Assembly (NCBI GenBank): GCA_963713615.1
Contig: CAVQMM010000001.1
Span: 352,001-416,000, forward strand
Reading direction: 5' to 3'
DNA: 64,000 nt
Source: an uncultured Chlamydiae bacterium
GTDB taxonomy: Bacteria > Chlamydiota > Chlamydiia > Chlamydiales > JAJFMA01
The translations under genes and the position numbers were made by a program. Positions 50,001-59,676 of the stretch are shown here, one piece after another; position 1 is the first letter of the stretch, and each line of letters starts with the position of its first letter. The notes under the pieces were generated by a model that saw nothing but the letters and a program-made list of their open reading frames with translations, did no database searches and had not been told where the DNA came from.

Positions 50001-53000
50001 TGTCAACAGTGGCTTAGAGTATTATCTCGCAAGTGACGATGTTGAGGGGGCCATGTTCTTTGTAGAAATGGGGCGCACCTTAGATACAATTGCGTCAAGT
50101 CGCGATGTGAAAATGAAGCTGCCAGATTTCAGGCTGCTGCTGCTGGACTTGCTAAAAGTAGAGCGGAGTGCCGAGGAGCGCACGCTGCTTTATCAACAGG
50201 TGGTTGCCAGCTACGTCAGTCACCCCCCACAGGACTTAAATTCTACAGATATAACACGATTGATTATCGGTATGCTGCACGGCAGGATCTTTCCTCATGG
50301 TGATGCTAAGGAGACTGACCATCTACTTGAAGAGATGAAGAGATCTCAGATGATTTGGCACAAACAAATTAGCACTATGATGCAGAGTGGTGCCGGGGCA
50401 CAAATCTGTAATGCTATTGTAGGTGCATTTGATCCGTTTGCAGGAAAAAAACAATGGGACCTTAGCCAGTATCCACAGTGTAGAAGTACCGATGGCGTCT
50501 ATATTTTAGACGTAGATTCGCTCCAGCTTCTTGAGAACAGACAATCCCTCTCAGGATTACCTGTGGCAATATTAGAAGATAAGAATTTCCAACATTATTT
50601 TTCTAAAAAAAATTATGCCTGTCATGTTCTCAATGATGGGCAGTATGAATTTACCGATCAACGAGGGATCCTTACGCGAGCTGGACCTATTACTGATCGA
50701 GATCGTTCAATGGTCATTCGTCAACAGTTTGAGGGGCATTGGTACGAATTAACCAATTTACTGCGTTTGGAGGTAGCAACCCCCTATGTAGCGTTATTGC
50801 CTAAAGACTTTAGAGGCTTGTGTGACCAATCCTCGGTATGGATTTCCATTGAGAAAGGCGTGGAGCCGCATGTTTTGCTTAAGAATTCCCAACATGACAC
50901 AACGCATCGAGTGGACCTAAAGGAGGTATCACCAAAGCTGACAGAAGAGGAGCGACAGCGCTTTTATCAGTTTTTAGTTGACACAGATGTTCGCAGCGCA
51001 CCTATTAGACAGAAGATTCTTAGTGAGGACAAGGGTTTTCTTAATCAGTATCTTGAATTAGACGGTAATGACGCTAAAAAACTTGCTGAAAGGATCGGAC
51101 TTGCTAAGTCGCCTCCGTCGCGATCGAAGATCGTAAATTTTTTTAGTAAACCTTCCCCGGCCATAAATACCCCGCCATTGGAGGGCCCTGCGCTATTCGA
51201 ATTCATGGACAGCTGTCCGGAAAGTTTTGAGCTTTCCCTCTGTCACCGAATCCTTCAGCTACGCTCTCTTCACGATAAGCTAGAGGTCGATACGTGTTGT
51301 AAACAAATCGATGCGAAGACCTCTTGGAGGCTTGTCGATCTCAAAAACGCACCGGAAACTACTCTGAAGCATCTCTTTGGTGAGGGAATGTTGTGGCGCG
51401 ATGGTAATGATAATCTAACGGAACTAGAACTACCCTCGCTAGGAGTAACCTTCAAAATGGTTAGAGAAGCCAGCGGGGACTGGCGTGCGGACAGTGTTGA
51501 ATATCCCGGCTATAGATTGGCTTCTAACCAACACTATCGTGGCTTAGCAGCAGTAAACGGTGCTGTGGTCCTAGAAAATCGATTTGGCAAACGTAAGCTT
51601 GTCTTACCCTATGGCGAGGTCCGGAATCAGAAGCCTGGTAGTCTCAACAGTACCATAACAATTAAGGTCTCGAGCGATCCCACCAATCGTTCGATAGCTA
51701 TCGATCTCGATGCATCTTCTAGACCCGCAGCCTCCAACAGAGAGCAACAGCTCTATTTGGCCAACGTGTTGTTGGGACAGAAAAAGTATCATCAAGCTCA
51801 GGCCTTACTCCGCGCGTCATACTCTCCCATCATCCCCTATACCAACGAAGAGCTGGACCGATTAGAAGCGATCAGTCGGCATCTATCACTATCTAAAGAT
51901 CAATCCCCACATGCTATAGCCGTAGCACTCACCGCAATGGCATTGATCGGTTCTGGTCCCGATCCACGCTCACCCATTGATGCGAGTCAACGAGATCAGG
52001 TCCAGGAAGCTTTGGAGCAGCTAACCCAGAACTTTCGTGACTATTGGCAACAAACGGGCAGGGTTCCCGATCTGCAGTTATCTGACGAGGAGGCAATCAA
52101 TTTTTTGCATGGTCTACTTCGGACGATGAACAAATATGCTAAAGGTACTGATAAAACCGACATTCAAAGTGCTATTGAGAGCTGGATAGAAACGCTGGAG
52201 GACTCTGCTAAGGAGGCTAAGCTTCCTCCTTTAGATCATGCGCGTTCGACCATGGGAAACATCACCGTGCAGGAGCTTAAGAGAGTATTGAATTCAGGCA
52301 ACAAACCGAAATCAGCTCTGATTACCCGTCCAGGAGCTCATTTCAAGGCCCAGTTTCTAGAGTTGTACCAAACTGCTTTTGACGACTCCGTGAAATTGGA
52401 AATTCTTCTGGCTGGAGCTGAGAATGACCCCAGGGTACCTTTTGAATTAGTTGGCTTGCTGCGTGCTGTGTCAAGGGCAAAAGCAGAGCCCACTGAAAAT
52501 GCCGAGGCTTTCGATAGGTTATTAGCTGAGGCCAATAGAGTTAATGCATCATGGGATGAAAAGCAGCAAGAAACTGTAGAGCTAACCAACAGCTTACCTA
52601 CACATTATCGTCGCGATCGGGAAGCCCAAATCATCGGTGTGGTTTCTAACCCAATCGCTGCGTTGGCTATTCAGCCCTTACCGAACCGACCACCTATCTT
52701 GACGAGCGTACAGCTTGGAGAGGCCTTTATCACTGTTGATAACGGAGGTCTGCACCTATCTGAGCAGGAGATTCAGCAACTGCAGACTGCCATAGGTTCT
52801 GATACTCCTTCAGCCAATGCCGCTGAGCTGGGGGCCAATATTAAGTCCTATTGGAGTCTTCCTGAACATCAGGCGGATTGGCATAAACTGGATAACTCAA
52901 CACTCATCGATATGAGTACAAACCGCATGGTAGACCGTTCCGAGAAGACCAAGACCCTCTTGCAGGTCACGAGTGCGGAAATGGGTAAGCGGGTTGGCTT

Positions 53001-56000
53001 GCTAGAGCAAGAGTTACTCTCTCTAGCCAATCAGCTTCCCGTAGAGGTTCTTGACGCCGTCTTATTTGAGACTGAGAAGAGTGCTCATATGCGCCAAGAG
53101 GTGACTCTTCATGATCTGATCGTCTTTACCGCCCGTTCTCAACACTTTACCCTCACCAACAAAAATCCTAGCTTGGCTGCTATAGAGCAACGGTTGTTGC
53201 AGCACTGTCTCGTTTATTTGGACGCTAGGGCCCAGCAACAACAAGTGAAGCGAGCCATTGGCCATTTTAACACTTTAGAGGGGCTCGATGAAAGCGACGA
53301 TGCGTATGGACGTGTGTCGGAACAGCTCTATCAGGAATTAACTCGAGAGGTCCCTTACAAAGTACACGAAAATCCCGAAATGCTCGTCTTTGAAGTGATG
53401 GAGGATATCGGCCTCAGAGCAGCACAAGTGGCAGATCTTAAGCGCATGCTCAATCCAAAACCAGGAGAGAATCCCAATATTATCTTAGAGAAGGTCATGG
53501 GCTCCGGTAAGACAAAAGTCTATTTACCGCTTCTCGCTCTTAACAAGGCGGATGGGGACCATCTCTCTGTAATTGTCGTTCACGCCTCGCAGTATGAAGG
53601 TGTCACAAAGGCGATGCAGGTGAGCTCTGGACAGACTTTTGCTCAAGTGGCACATCCTCTTCACTTTTCTCGCGATAGCGACACGTCTGTGAGCGGACTT
53701 AGAAAGATCCTTAAAGAGTGCGAACAGGTGCGTCAAAAGCGTCATTTCTTTGTGGTCACCGATAAAGCCATGCACAGCCTGCAATTAGCCTCAGATCAAT
53801 TGTGGGATGCCTATCTTAAGGGAGAAGGCGATGATGCTGATCTGGCCGCTCGTATCACATTGATGCGCGAGATTCTAAGCCTCTTTAAAAACAAGGGACG
53901 GGCAACTTTTGATGAGGCTGATCTGTTGCTAAACTGTCGCTTCGAAGTGGTCTATTCCCTTGGTGATGAACGCCCCATTGATCCCATTCACAGAGATATT
54001 GTAGCGGATCTCTATCAGGCCATCACACCCAAGGTGGCGAAGATTGTACCCTTTACTAAAGCAGAATATGAAAGGCTGAAGCCAGAGCTCATTGAAGCCT
54101 TTATTAAAAATTTGGTCGATGAGCAGCCTTCCAAATTGGATGATAGAATGCTTGCCAGCTATTTCCAAGGAGAAAAGGAGGGCGCTGACTACGTCGACAG
54201 CCTATCCGACCAATTGCGTCGACAGCTTGCGATTGTGCGCTACGAATTTTCCGAGCTTCTTCCAGTTGTTTTAGAGAAACGCTGTGGCGAGCACTTTGGG
54301 TATAGCCAGCGCCCAGACCAAATTCTGGCGGTGCCTTTTGTCGCTAGTGGAATTCCCAGCCTCACCTCGGAATTTTCCTTTCCCTATGCTTTAATGGATT
54401 ACACCATCCAGACACTTCAAAGCGAAGGGGTTACTCAGTCCCTGCTGAAGTCACTGATTACAAATATGCAAAGTAGCGCTGCAAAGGAAATGGCCGAAGA
54501 TCGCTCCTTGCTACTCCAACAGACAGATGGCTTTAAAAAGTTTCAAGAGCTCCTTGGGGATAGGGTTTCGCTGCCTTTTTTAAAAATTAACGATGCCGAT
54601 TTTGCAGCTCTTGCTAAAATCTATCGCGAGGATCCGCCTGATCTCTATGCATTTGCCAAAAAATTCCTCTTACCTGCTGTGACAATACATGACCGCAAAC
54701 TGACGAGCACCCCCTACACACTCGTCAATATGTTTTTCGAAACACAAGGCTTTACCGGTACTCCTTGGAATAGTGCAACGTATGCTAAGACCCTACAAAC
54801 ACTACGAGATCTCTATTCCGCAGGTAAGACGCAGGGAATCATCTGGAAAAATAGCCAAACGGTTCATTCTCTCCCATCATCAAACCTCAAAGAAACGATA
54901 GATGAAATCGCCAAAATCCATGCTAAGGGGGACTATGGTGCCTTCATTGATGTGGGGGCTCTCTTTAATGGTATTGATAATCAGCAGGTGGCTCAGGAAC
55001 TCTTAAAAACGCTTCCTCATCATATCAAAGGCGTTCTCTTCTACCAAAATAACAAACCTGTCGTTCTCAATCGAGCGGGGGTGATCATGCCTTACGAAAA
55101 GGTAGGCAAAACAGATGACCTCTACATTTTCTATGACCAATGGCACACCACTGGCACTGACTTCAAGATCGCAGGCAAGTCACTTCTATCCATTGATAAA
55201 AATACCAAAATGCGTGATCTCGAGCAGGGATATATGCGCGACCGTCAGGCAGAGAGTGCTCCTCGGGTGGAATTTATTTTATCTGGACAAGCTCGAGACT
55301 ATATTACCAAAGAATTGCAAGTGCCGGAAAACAGTGCGGTTGGTACGGCAGAGATTCTTCGTTGTATGCAGCTTAACCAAGAACGCGAGCTGGAGACGCA
55401 GATGGTGATGGCTACATTCGGCATGATTAAGGAAGCAACAGTCCATTATTTAAGGAGCCTGCTCAATGACTCAACTATTCCACCGGAGAAAATCAAAAAC
55501 AAGGCTGACATCATCTACCAATTCATAGGTGAACAGGTCAAGGAAGATCCTTATGAACAATTTGGGCGTTACCAGGAAAGCATTAGCTCACAGGATTTCT
55601 TTAAGACTATTGTTGATCAGGCCGTTGTGCACTTCAAACCCATTCTTCAAGATAATGAGCTCTGTCCCAAGGGGCTGACCGAGGTTTCCTTGCGACAGGA
55701 ACTTGAGGCATGTGTGAATCTAGCTCTATTGCCGGAAACCATGACCGCGGATGCAGATAACTCGCCGGACCAATTAGTAGAGCATCAGAACCAACAGGAG
55801 CAGCAGAACCAAAACGAGGTCCAGCAACAGCAAATGTCTCAGGTCCAAAAGGAGCTGATCGGCGATTTAGAGGGGGCTAACCGCAAAGGGGCAATTCACT
55901 GGAATTGGATGTCCTATCAACCAACCTACTCGGCAAAATTTTTCAGAACAATGTCGTTACAAGAGCTGAAGAATGAGGAACTTCCAAGTATCGATTGGGT

Positions 56001-56631
56001 TTGGTATGGACGGCCCAAGGCGGATTCTCAAGCTCCATTTTTATCTATTGCAGAGGTTTTTGCAGCGGAGCCGGGTTTAAATGAGTTTGCTGATATCTTC
56101 GATATCGAAGCCAGTTACAATTTTTTGCCCGTGGAAGGACATCGACGAGAGGGTACCAACATCGTTAATGTGCATAACACGCCGTTTGAGAAGCAGCAGC
56201 TACGCTCTCAACAGGTGTTGATTTGTAAAGACTTGCTGACTGGAAAGACGCAAGTGAGTTTGATTTCTCAAGCAGATACCGGTTTTTTCTGTGACCAGCT
56301 TAGCAAAGACAGGCAAAAAAATGACAAAAGAGAAGTGGATGTAACAGTTTATCACTACACCCTTAAAGTCCTTCAGAGCAATGATAAAGTCATTGCTGGT
56401 GAAGTTAAAGATGTCATCACTCCTGACGTGCGCCAAAAGATTGTGCAAGCCAAATTCTTCAATGGCGAAATTTCATATAGCAAGGAAGAGCAAAAATATC
56501 TCAAAGCTTGGATTACGGACAAAGGGGCAGGGCGCATGCGTAGGTTATTCGAGGAGCATATCCTCAAGTACAAAAAGGATAAATCGGAAGACTATCACAA
56601 CAGCCTTCTCCAACGTCTTCTTGCTGCCTAG
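47014..56631 (+). CDS. Giant 3205-aa protein with an N-terminal peptidase-like motif set and a C-terminal DUF3638-like SF2 helicase/P-loop region
   Basis: GHSM..YNTGSG..AGICTWSS; MGSGKT Walker A, FDEAD Walker B, GFTGT, FIDVGA, YDQWHTTGTD, QGYMRDR; Gln-rich segment. Confidence 0.8.
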   Translation: MNIDYFYDNDNAFINSKQLSPASAHSGEIVSEHLERLLKAADRAMDPLMLRAGGGRRVINASVSSVLDKALECHPDLGEGLVKIVSSSLTSPSQQCRNLSDIGLYLSLLSRRAEQDEGISQEDYQLLHDLAGEIQEVTQQFFQALTPVWTSHLDKIDGIIRDELPKVSPLPPVVSVLNTQKGTPLDDKTFAHIQAEAVIQKSGLEGHAEEPVLTYLGDFLKTYEASYLTGDQEGAEITKELPALIKMIDEARNLARAAKSNQHINTKRFEEDFSQRLLNFETLLSTTVEDLKPGEKTLVPVGWTGTKSGHSMKLGIERDEEGKLDVVLYNTGSGLDSFHASLRNGNATYYQTFIRAENVSPQRLLDPLFVRALLELNVCPRDPVDQCDTKYSAKDIYALFQQGLDAKVITCEGVRDKFDLPRTAGICTWSSLLAVFHRVLSPKDYHKLNSDITFDGLCTYFQSVKSEIPVNEEKRLLLRHAAVRCGQVTLDAYSNGAISLERLQVIQATLRELEQVLETVEGKVTSEATGALMELHFQCVESPVPHGAIIRPWELVDLTNESVSPDFSVPAGLPLVTFNLDWVNDQVQITDGLLRLEEHVRSCFEAKDSRSGIENLNQFFSCLAQPNAEDLWRKIPLQQKTQTMVHLADLSELLFDAYLAQPSSNRTFTTYAHYANALMIVLGEDHPDVDLFYKYVNRVFYLNKTRSSSHFGSLLDDQNLYSSNERLLQNKALNIFYRDSVKDRLNLIKFDQKEYRIPSRSINAYQYCDLEYIQILLERNPEIEEKLRGRYPRFESELALPDWKVALALADWQGEILPPEFCAARRQALIASSLLEGKALDSKKGETFRSEIIKRHDGGPSLVFTSPPTERPLPFRDFKSDRLFDEVCQIRKRQNQVIRQNGASFFNFESEADVMLKPLNEWERSLELILTQGDRNAEEQYLEQQVTKTVAYFSEHLAELADHDTRMLCRLLIFECDYIETLLRLNPALGNVLSQFVNSGLEYYLASDDVEGAMFFVEMGRTLDTIASSRDVKMKLPDFRLLLLDLLKVERSAEERTLLYQQVVASYVSHPPQDLNSTDITRLIIGMLHGRIFPHGDAKETDHLLEEMKRSQMIWHKQISTMMQSGAGAQICNAIVGAFDPFAGKKQWDLSQYPQCRSTDGVYILDVDSLQLLENRQSLSGLPVAILEDKNFQHYFSKKNYACHVLNDGQYEFTDQRGILTRAGPITDRDRSMVIRQQFEGHWYELTNLLRLEVATPYVALLPKDFRGLCDQSSVWISIEKGVEPHVLLKNSQHDTTHRVDLKEVSPKLTEEERQRFYQFLVDTDVRSAPIRQKILSEDKGFLNQYLELDGNDAKKLAERIGLAKSPPSRSKIVNFFSKPSPAINTPPLEGPALFEFMDSCPESFELSLCHRILQLRSLHDKLEVDTCCKQIDAKTSWRLVDLKNAPETTLKHLFGEGMLWRDGNDNLTELELPSLGVTFKMVREASGDWRADSVEYPGYRLASNQHYRGLAAVNGAVVLENRFGKRKLVLPYGEVRNQKPGSLNSTITIKVSSDPTNRSIAIDLDASSRPAASNREQQLYLANVLLGQKKYHQAQALLRASYSPIIPYTNEELDRLEAISRHLSLSKDQSPHAIAVALTAMALIGSGPDPRSPIDASQRDQVQEALEQLTQNFRDYWQQTGRVPDLQLSDEEAINFLHGLLRTMNKYAKGTDKTDIQSAIESWIETLEDSAKEAKLPPLDHARSTMGNITVQELKRVLNSGNKPKSALITRPGAHFKAQFLELYQTAFDDSVKLEILLAGAENDPRVPFELVGLLRAVSRAKAEPTENAEAFDRLLAEANRVNASWDEKQQETVELTNSLPTHYRRDREAQIIGVVSNPIAALAIQPLPNRPPILTSVQLGEAFITVDNGGLHLSEQEIQQLQTAIGSDTPSANAAELGANIKSYWSLPEHQADWHKLDNSTLIDMSTNRMVDRSEKTKTLLQVTSAEMGKRVGLLEQELLSLANQLPVEVLDAVLFETEKSAHMRQEVTLHDLIVFTARSQHFTLTNKNPSLAAIEQRLLQHCLVYLDARAQQQQVKRAIGHFNTLEGLDESDDAYGRVSEQLYQELTREVPYKVHENPEMLVFEVMEDIGLRAAQVADLKRMLNPKPGENPNIILEKVMGSGKTKVYLPLLALNKADGDHLSVIVVHASQYEGVTKAMQVSSGQTFAQVAHPLHFSRDSDTSVSGLRKILKECEQVRQKRHFFVVTDKAMHSLQLASDQLWDAYLKGEGDDADLAARITLMREILSLFKNKGRATFDEADLLLNCRFEVVYSLGDERPIDPIHRDIVADLYQAITPKVAKIVPFTKAEYERLKPELIEAFIKNLVDEQPSKLDDRMLASYFQGEKEGADYVDSLSDQLRRQLAIVRYEFSELLPVVLEKRCGEHFGYSQRPDQILAVPFVASGIPSLTSEFSFPYALMDYTIQTLQSEGVTQSLLKSLITNMQSSAAKEMAEDRSLLLQQTDGFKKFQELLGDRVSLPFLKINDADFAALAKIYREDPPDLYAFAKKFLLPAVTIHDRKLTSTPYTLVNMFFETQGFTGTPWNSATYAKTLQTLRDLYSAGKTQGIIWKNSQTVHSLPSSNLKETIDEIAKIHAKGDYGAFIDVGALFNGIDNQQVAQELLKTLPHHIKGVLFYQNNKPVVLNRAGVIMPYEKVGKTDDLYIFYDQWHTTGTDFKIAGKSLLSIDKNTKMRDLEQGYMRDRQAESAPRVEFILSGQARDYITKELQVPENSAVGTAEILRCMQLNQERELETQMVMATFGMIKEATVHYLRSLLNDSTIPPEKIKNKADIIYQFIGEQVKEDPYEQFGRYQESISSQDFFKTIVDQAVVHFKPILQDNELCPKGLTEVSLRQELEACVNLALLPETMTADADNSPDQLVEHQNQQEQQNQNEVQQQQMSQVQKELIGDLEGANRKGAIHWNWMSYQPTYSAKFFRTMSLQELKNEELPSIDWVWYGRPKADSQAPFLSIAEVFAAEPGLNEFADIFDIEASYNFLPVEGHRREGTNIVNVHNTPFEKQQLRSQQVLICKDLLTGKTQVSLISQADTGFFCDQLSKDRQKNDKREVDVTVYHYTLKVLQSNDKVIAGEVKDVITPDVRQKIVQAKFFNGEISYSKEEQKYLKAWITDKGAGRMRRLFEEHILKYKKDKSEDYHNSLLQRLLAA

Positions 56632-56667
56632 CATTGTGTAATACGTTAAAAAGGCCCCCACGAACCG

Positions 56668-58377
56668 CTACTGGATGGCGCGGATGAGCAAGCCCGCCAG
56701 AGGACAGCGGTTTTTGGGATTCCCATCTTTAATCAGACTAAGAAGGACTTCAATCCCATGGTCGTCTTGGCGAGAAGCTAATGTTTCTACTGAGGTAAGG
56801 AAAAGCCGCGATGTCTCCTCCGGAGTGAGCAGATGGAGGTCTCCGGGTTCACGCATATCCCAGGGAACTATAGGGCGAAACTTGATCAGGTCGATATTGG
56901 ATTCGGAACAGACCCAGTTTTTTAGGGTGTCGGCATAAGGGCCCTCGGCACCCAAGCGAAACAGCACCAGGTTGCAGTAATTTCGTACTAGGGGAGCTCC
57001 AATTTTCTGATAGTGTTTTTTAAGAATGGCTACGGCTCCATCACTACCGAGGTTTTCGAGGAGTTGCGCCGTCGCTGGGACTAGATCATTTTGTTGCTGG
57101 GCCAGGATAGCATCGGCTAGATTTAAAAAATCCGTTTCCGGTAGTTCAAGGGCTAGAGACAATGCGGCTTCACGCATTTTCATCGACAGCTCTAACGCTA
57201 TGGGCACCGCCTCGGTGGGTAGGCTAGCGAGGGGGATTCCTTTCCAAGCCGAAAGGACCTTTCCATGTGAGCTAAAGCGTGCATAGGCGCAATCGCTGTT
57301 AAGGCTGATCAAAAAGCGTCGTAAAGTCGGTAAGCAGCGTGCATCCCGCAATTGAAGCAGGCTTAAGGTGGCATTGAGTTGAATCTGGGGGTTGCTATGC
57401 TTGCATAGATTGGCTAGGAGGTCCTCGCTACCCTCAATCTCCCCTAAAGAGGCTATTGCTAGTAGGTAACCCTCGTGAGCCATTTGCTGGATGTGCTTGG
57501 CATATTCTTGCCGTCCGAGTTTGTACAGAGAAAGACACGCCGCTAGGCTCACAGGAGCCACTTTGGAACAAGCCAGTATTTGCAATTTATCAATGGAGCC
57601 TTCGTCACCTAACTTTCCCAAAGCTAGCGCGCAGGCCTCCTGCTGGCTAGCGTCGAGATGTGTCACCAGCTGCCGTATTTGAGGGATGAGGTCGTCACGC
57701 CCATGTTCTGCTGTAGCGACGATAGCCGCAAGGCGTACCATGGCATCGCAATTATTCATAAGACGTCTGAGCTGTCTAATGGAACGAGCATCGCCAATGG
57801 TAGCAAAGATCTCGGCGAAGATAAACCAGGTAGCAGGTGGAAGCTTAACCATGAGGGCCTCAGCTTGTCCTACGGCGGAGGGATGCTTCTTTTGTGCCAG
57901 CAGGTAGATGGCTTGCAAGCGAATTAAGATGTCCTCACAATTGATGGCTCGGTTGACCAATGCATCGGCAAAATCGGTCTGCCGTTGCGCTAAAAGGTTG
58001 ATGCTAGCCAAGCGAATCTGCGGATTTCGGCTGCAAAGGCCTTGTACGATCACATGTGTGGCGCTATCGTGAGCCGCCACACCGGCTCCAAAAATCGCCA
58101 GGAGCTGTGTTTCTGGACAGTCTGTCGTAGCCCCAACATCGAGCAGTAACAGCCCCATTTGTTGCAGAAGATCGTGATCTGGACGACCGATGGCCCCTGT
58201 ATAGCGCTCGTATAGGTCAATGGCGTCGGCAACCTGTCCACGGCGTAGCAGGAACAGCACGCGTGAGGGCATGCTTTTGGTGTCAACTTTCGAGCAAGGA
58301 GGAGCGGCAGCTGTACCTGGAATATTTGCCAGGCAGCAAAATGAGACTAAAGCCACGCTGTAGAGGCTATGGCGCAT
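56668..58377 (-). CDS. HEAT-repeat protein with signal peptide
   Basis: Repeated N/D.QIRLA, VRLAA, ACALALG helical motifs; downstream of maf. Confidence 0.82.
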   Translation of the reverse strand: MRHSLYSVALVSFCCLANIPGTAAAPPCSKVDTKSMPSRVLFLLRRGQVADAIDLYERYTGAIGRPDHDLLQQMGLLLLDVGATTDCPETQLLAIFGAGVAAHDSATHVIVQGLCSRNPQIRLASINLLAQRQTDFADALVNRAINCEDILIRLQAIYLLAQKKHPSAVGQAEALMVKLPPATWFIFAEIFATIGDARSIRQLRRLMNNCDAMVRLAAIVATAEHGRDDLIPQIRQLVTHLDASQQEACALALGKLGDEGSIDKLQILACSKVAPVSLAACLSLYKLGRQEYAKHIQQMAHEGYLLAIASLGEIEGSEDLLANLCKHSNPQIQLNATLSLLQLRDARCLPTLRRFLISLNSDCAYARFSSHGKVLSAWKGIPLASLPTEAVPIALELSMKMREAALSLALELPETDFLNLADAILAQQQNDLVPATAQLLENLGSDGAVAILKKHYQKIGAPLVRNYCNLVLFRLGAEGPYADTLKNWVCSESNIDLIKFRPIVPWDMREPGDLHLLTPEETSRLFLTSVETLASRQDDHGIEVLLSLIKDGNPKNRCPLAGLLIRAIQ

Positions 58378-58386
58378 GAATAAACC

Positions 58387-58974
58387 TTAAGTCTTATCGA
58401 TGAAGTCCCAGAGATCAATATTAATTCTCTGTAGCAAGGAACATAGTGTTTTGATGGGCAGGCCCATGCAGTTATAATAGCAACCCTCGATACGGTTTAC
58501 AATGATGCCACCCGACATCTGACAAGAGTAGGATCCTGCCTTATCAAGGCAATGTGCATTCATACAGTATTTTCTGAGCTGCTCATCACTGGCGTGGTGC
58601 ATCTGAACTCTGCTTTCCTCACAAGATGAGAACTCTTCTGTTGGCGTTTTTAGTGTGACTGCCGTAAAGACACTATGCCACTTGCCCGCGAGTTCCTTGA
58701 GGAATGAAAAGCTCTCAGCTTCGTCAGATGGCTTGCCATAGACTTTTCCATCGCAATACACCACTGTATCGGCCGTTAAGAGAGTTCCATGGGGAAATTC
58801 AGGTTGCAACGCTCTTGCCTTGCCCATGGCGATCTCCATGGCAAAAGCTTCTGGGTCTCCCTTAAACGCGACCGTTTCTTCATCGAATGGAGGAGATGCT
58901 ACCGTAAAGGGAAGTTTGAAAAAACCAAGAATTTCACGTCTGCGAGGTGACTGTGAGCCTAGGATGAGGGTCAT
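58387..58974 (-). CDS. maf: Maf nucleotide pyrophosphatase
   Basis: LILGSQSPRR, ADTVV, GKP, DKAGSY, GLP. Confidence 0.95.
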   Translation of the reverse strand: MTLILGSQSPRRREILGFFKLPFTVASPPFDEETVAFKGDPEAFAMEIAMGKARALQPEFPHGTLLTADTVVYCDGKVYGKPSDEAESFSFLKELAGKWHSVFTAVTLKTPTEEFSSCEESRVQMHHASDEQLRKYCMNAHCLDKAGSYSCQMSGGIIVNRIEGCYYNCMGLPIKTLCSLLQRINIDLWDFIDKT

Positions 58975-58981
58975 GATATAC

Positions 58982-59302
58982 CTATGTCACTAAAGTTATC
59001 GGTAGCACATAAATAGGAATGGAATGAGATTTGAGTTGCGGACAAAGGACGTGTAGACGACTGCGTATAGCCATTTCTTTGGTGCGTAGGTCATCCAAGG
59101 GGACTTGATTGCAGTGAATAAAAATGCCCAAGTAGTCCTTGCCATGAAAATGTTGTTCCCGCAGCTCGGCTTCATCTGATGCAGCGGTGATCTTCGCTTG
59201 TTGCCAGGCAGAACTGTGGTTCAGGGCAATGCGCACATCAGGACTCAGTACGCAGCCCACAAAAAACTTGGTGGTAACTTTCGAAAGAAGATTCGTATCC
59301 AT
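58982..59302 (-). CDS. Small hypothetical protein
   Basis: 106-aa ORF 7 nt upstream of maf on the same strand. Confidence 0.65.
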   Translation of the reverse strand: MDTNLLSKVTTKFFVGCVLSPDVRIALNHSSAWQQAKITAASDEAELREQHFHGKDYLGIFIHCNQVPLDDLRTKEMAIRSRLHVLCPQLKSHSIPIYVLPITLVT

Positions 59303-59355
59303 AAGGACTCAACCATACCACATTGCACGCGCATGATCAAGAATGCAGTACACCT

Positions 59356-59516
59356 TTAGGAGTAACACGGATGCACACGGATCTAGGAGGATTTAGGAGT
59401 AACACGGATGCATGTGTGCATCCGTGTTGCTTCTAAAAAGCTGAACGAACCGTATTTGCCATCCTATCCTCCTAAATCCTCCTAGATCCGTGTGCATCCG
59501 TGTTAATCCTAAAAGG
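59356..59516. repeat. Palindromic element, family Q (AACACGGATGCACACGGAT units)
   Basis: Direct and inverted copies of TAGGA.TAACACGGATGCACACGGATCTAGGAGGATTTAGGAG; related copy at 63724. Confidence 0.82.
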
Positions 59517-59676
59517 GGCCTTATTCACCTTTGCGGTCAGTTTTCGGTCGACTGCAAAAGGATCGTCTGTAGCGTTTTGCTCCTCGGACATAGCTGGCGC
59601 TATGCCCTCGTCACAAACCACGACATCCGACCTTTTTCGTCCGACCGAAATTCTGACCGTAAAGGTGAACAAGGCC
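59517..59676. mobile_element. 160-bp MITE, copy 3 (opposite orientation, TSD CTAAAAGG)
   Basis: Reverse complement of copies 1 and 2; duplication at 59509-59516 and 59677-59684. Confidence 0.93.
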
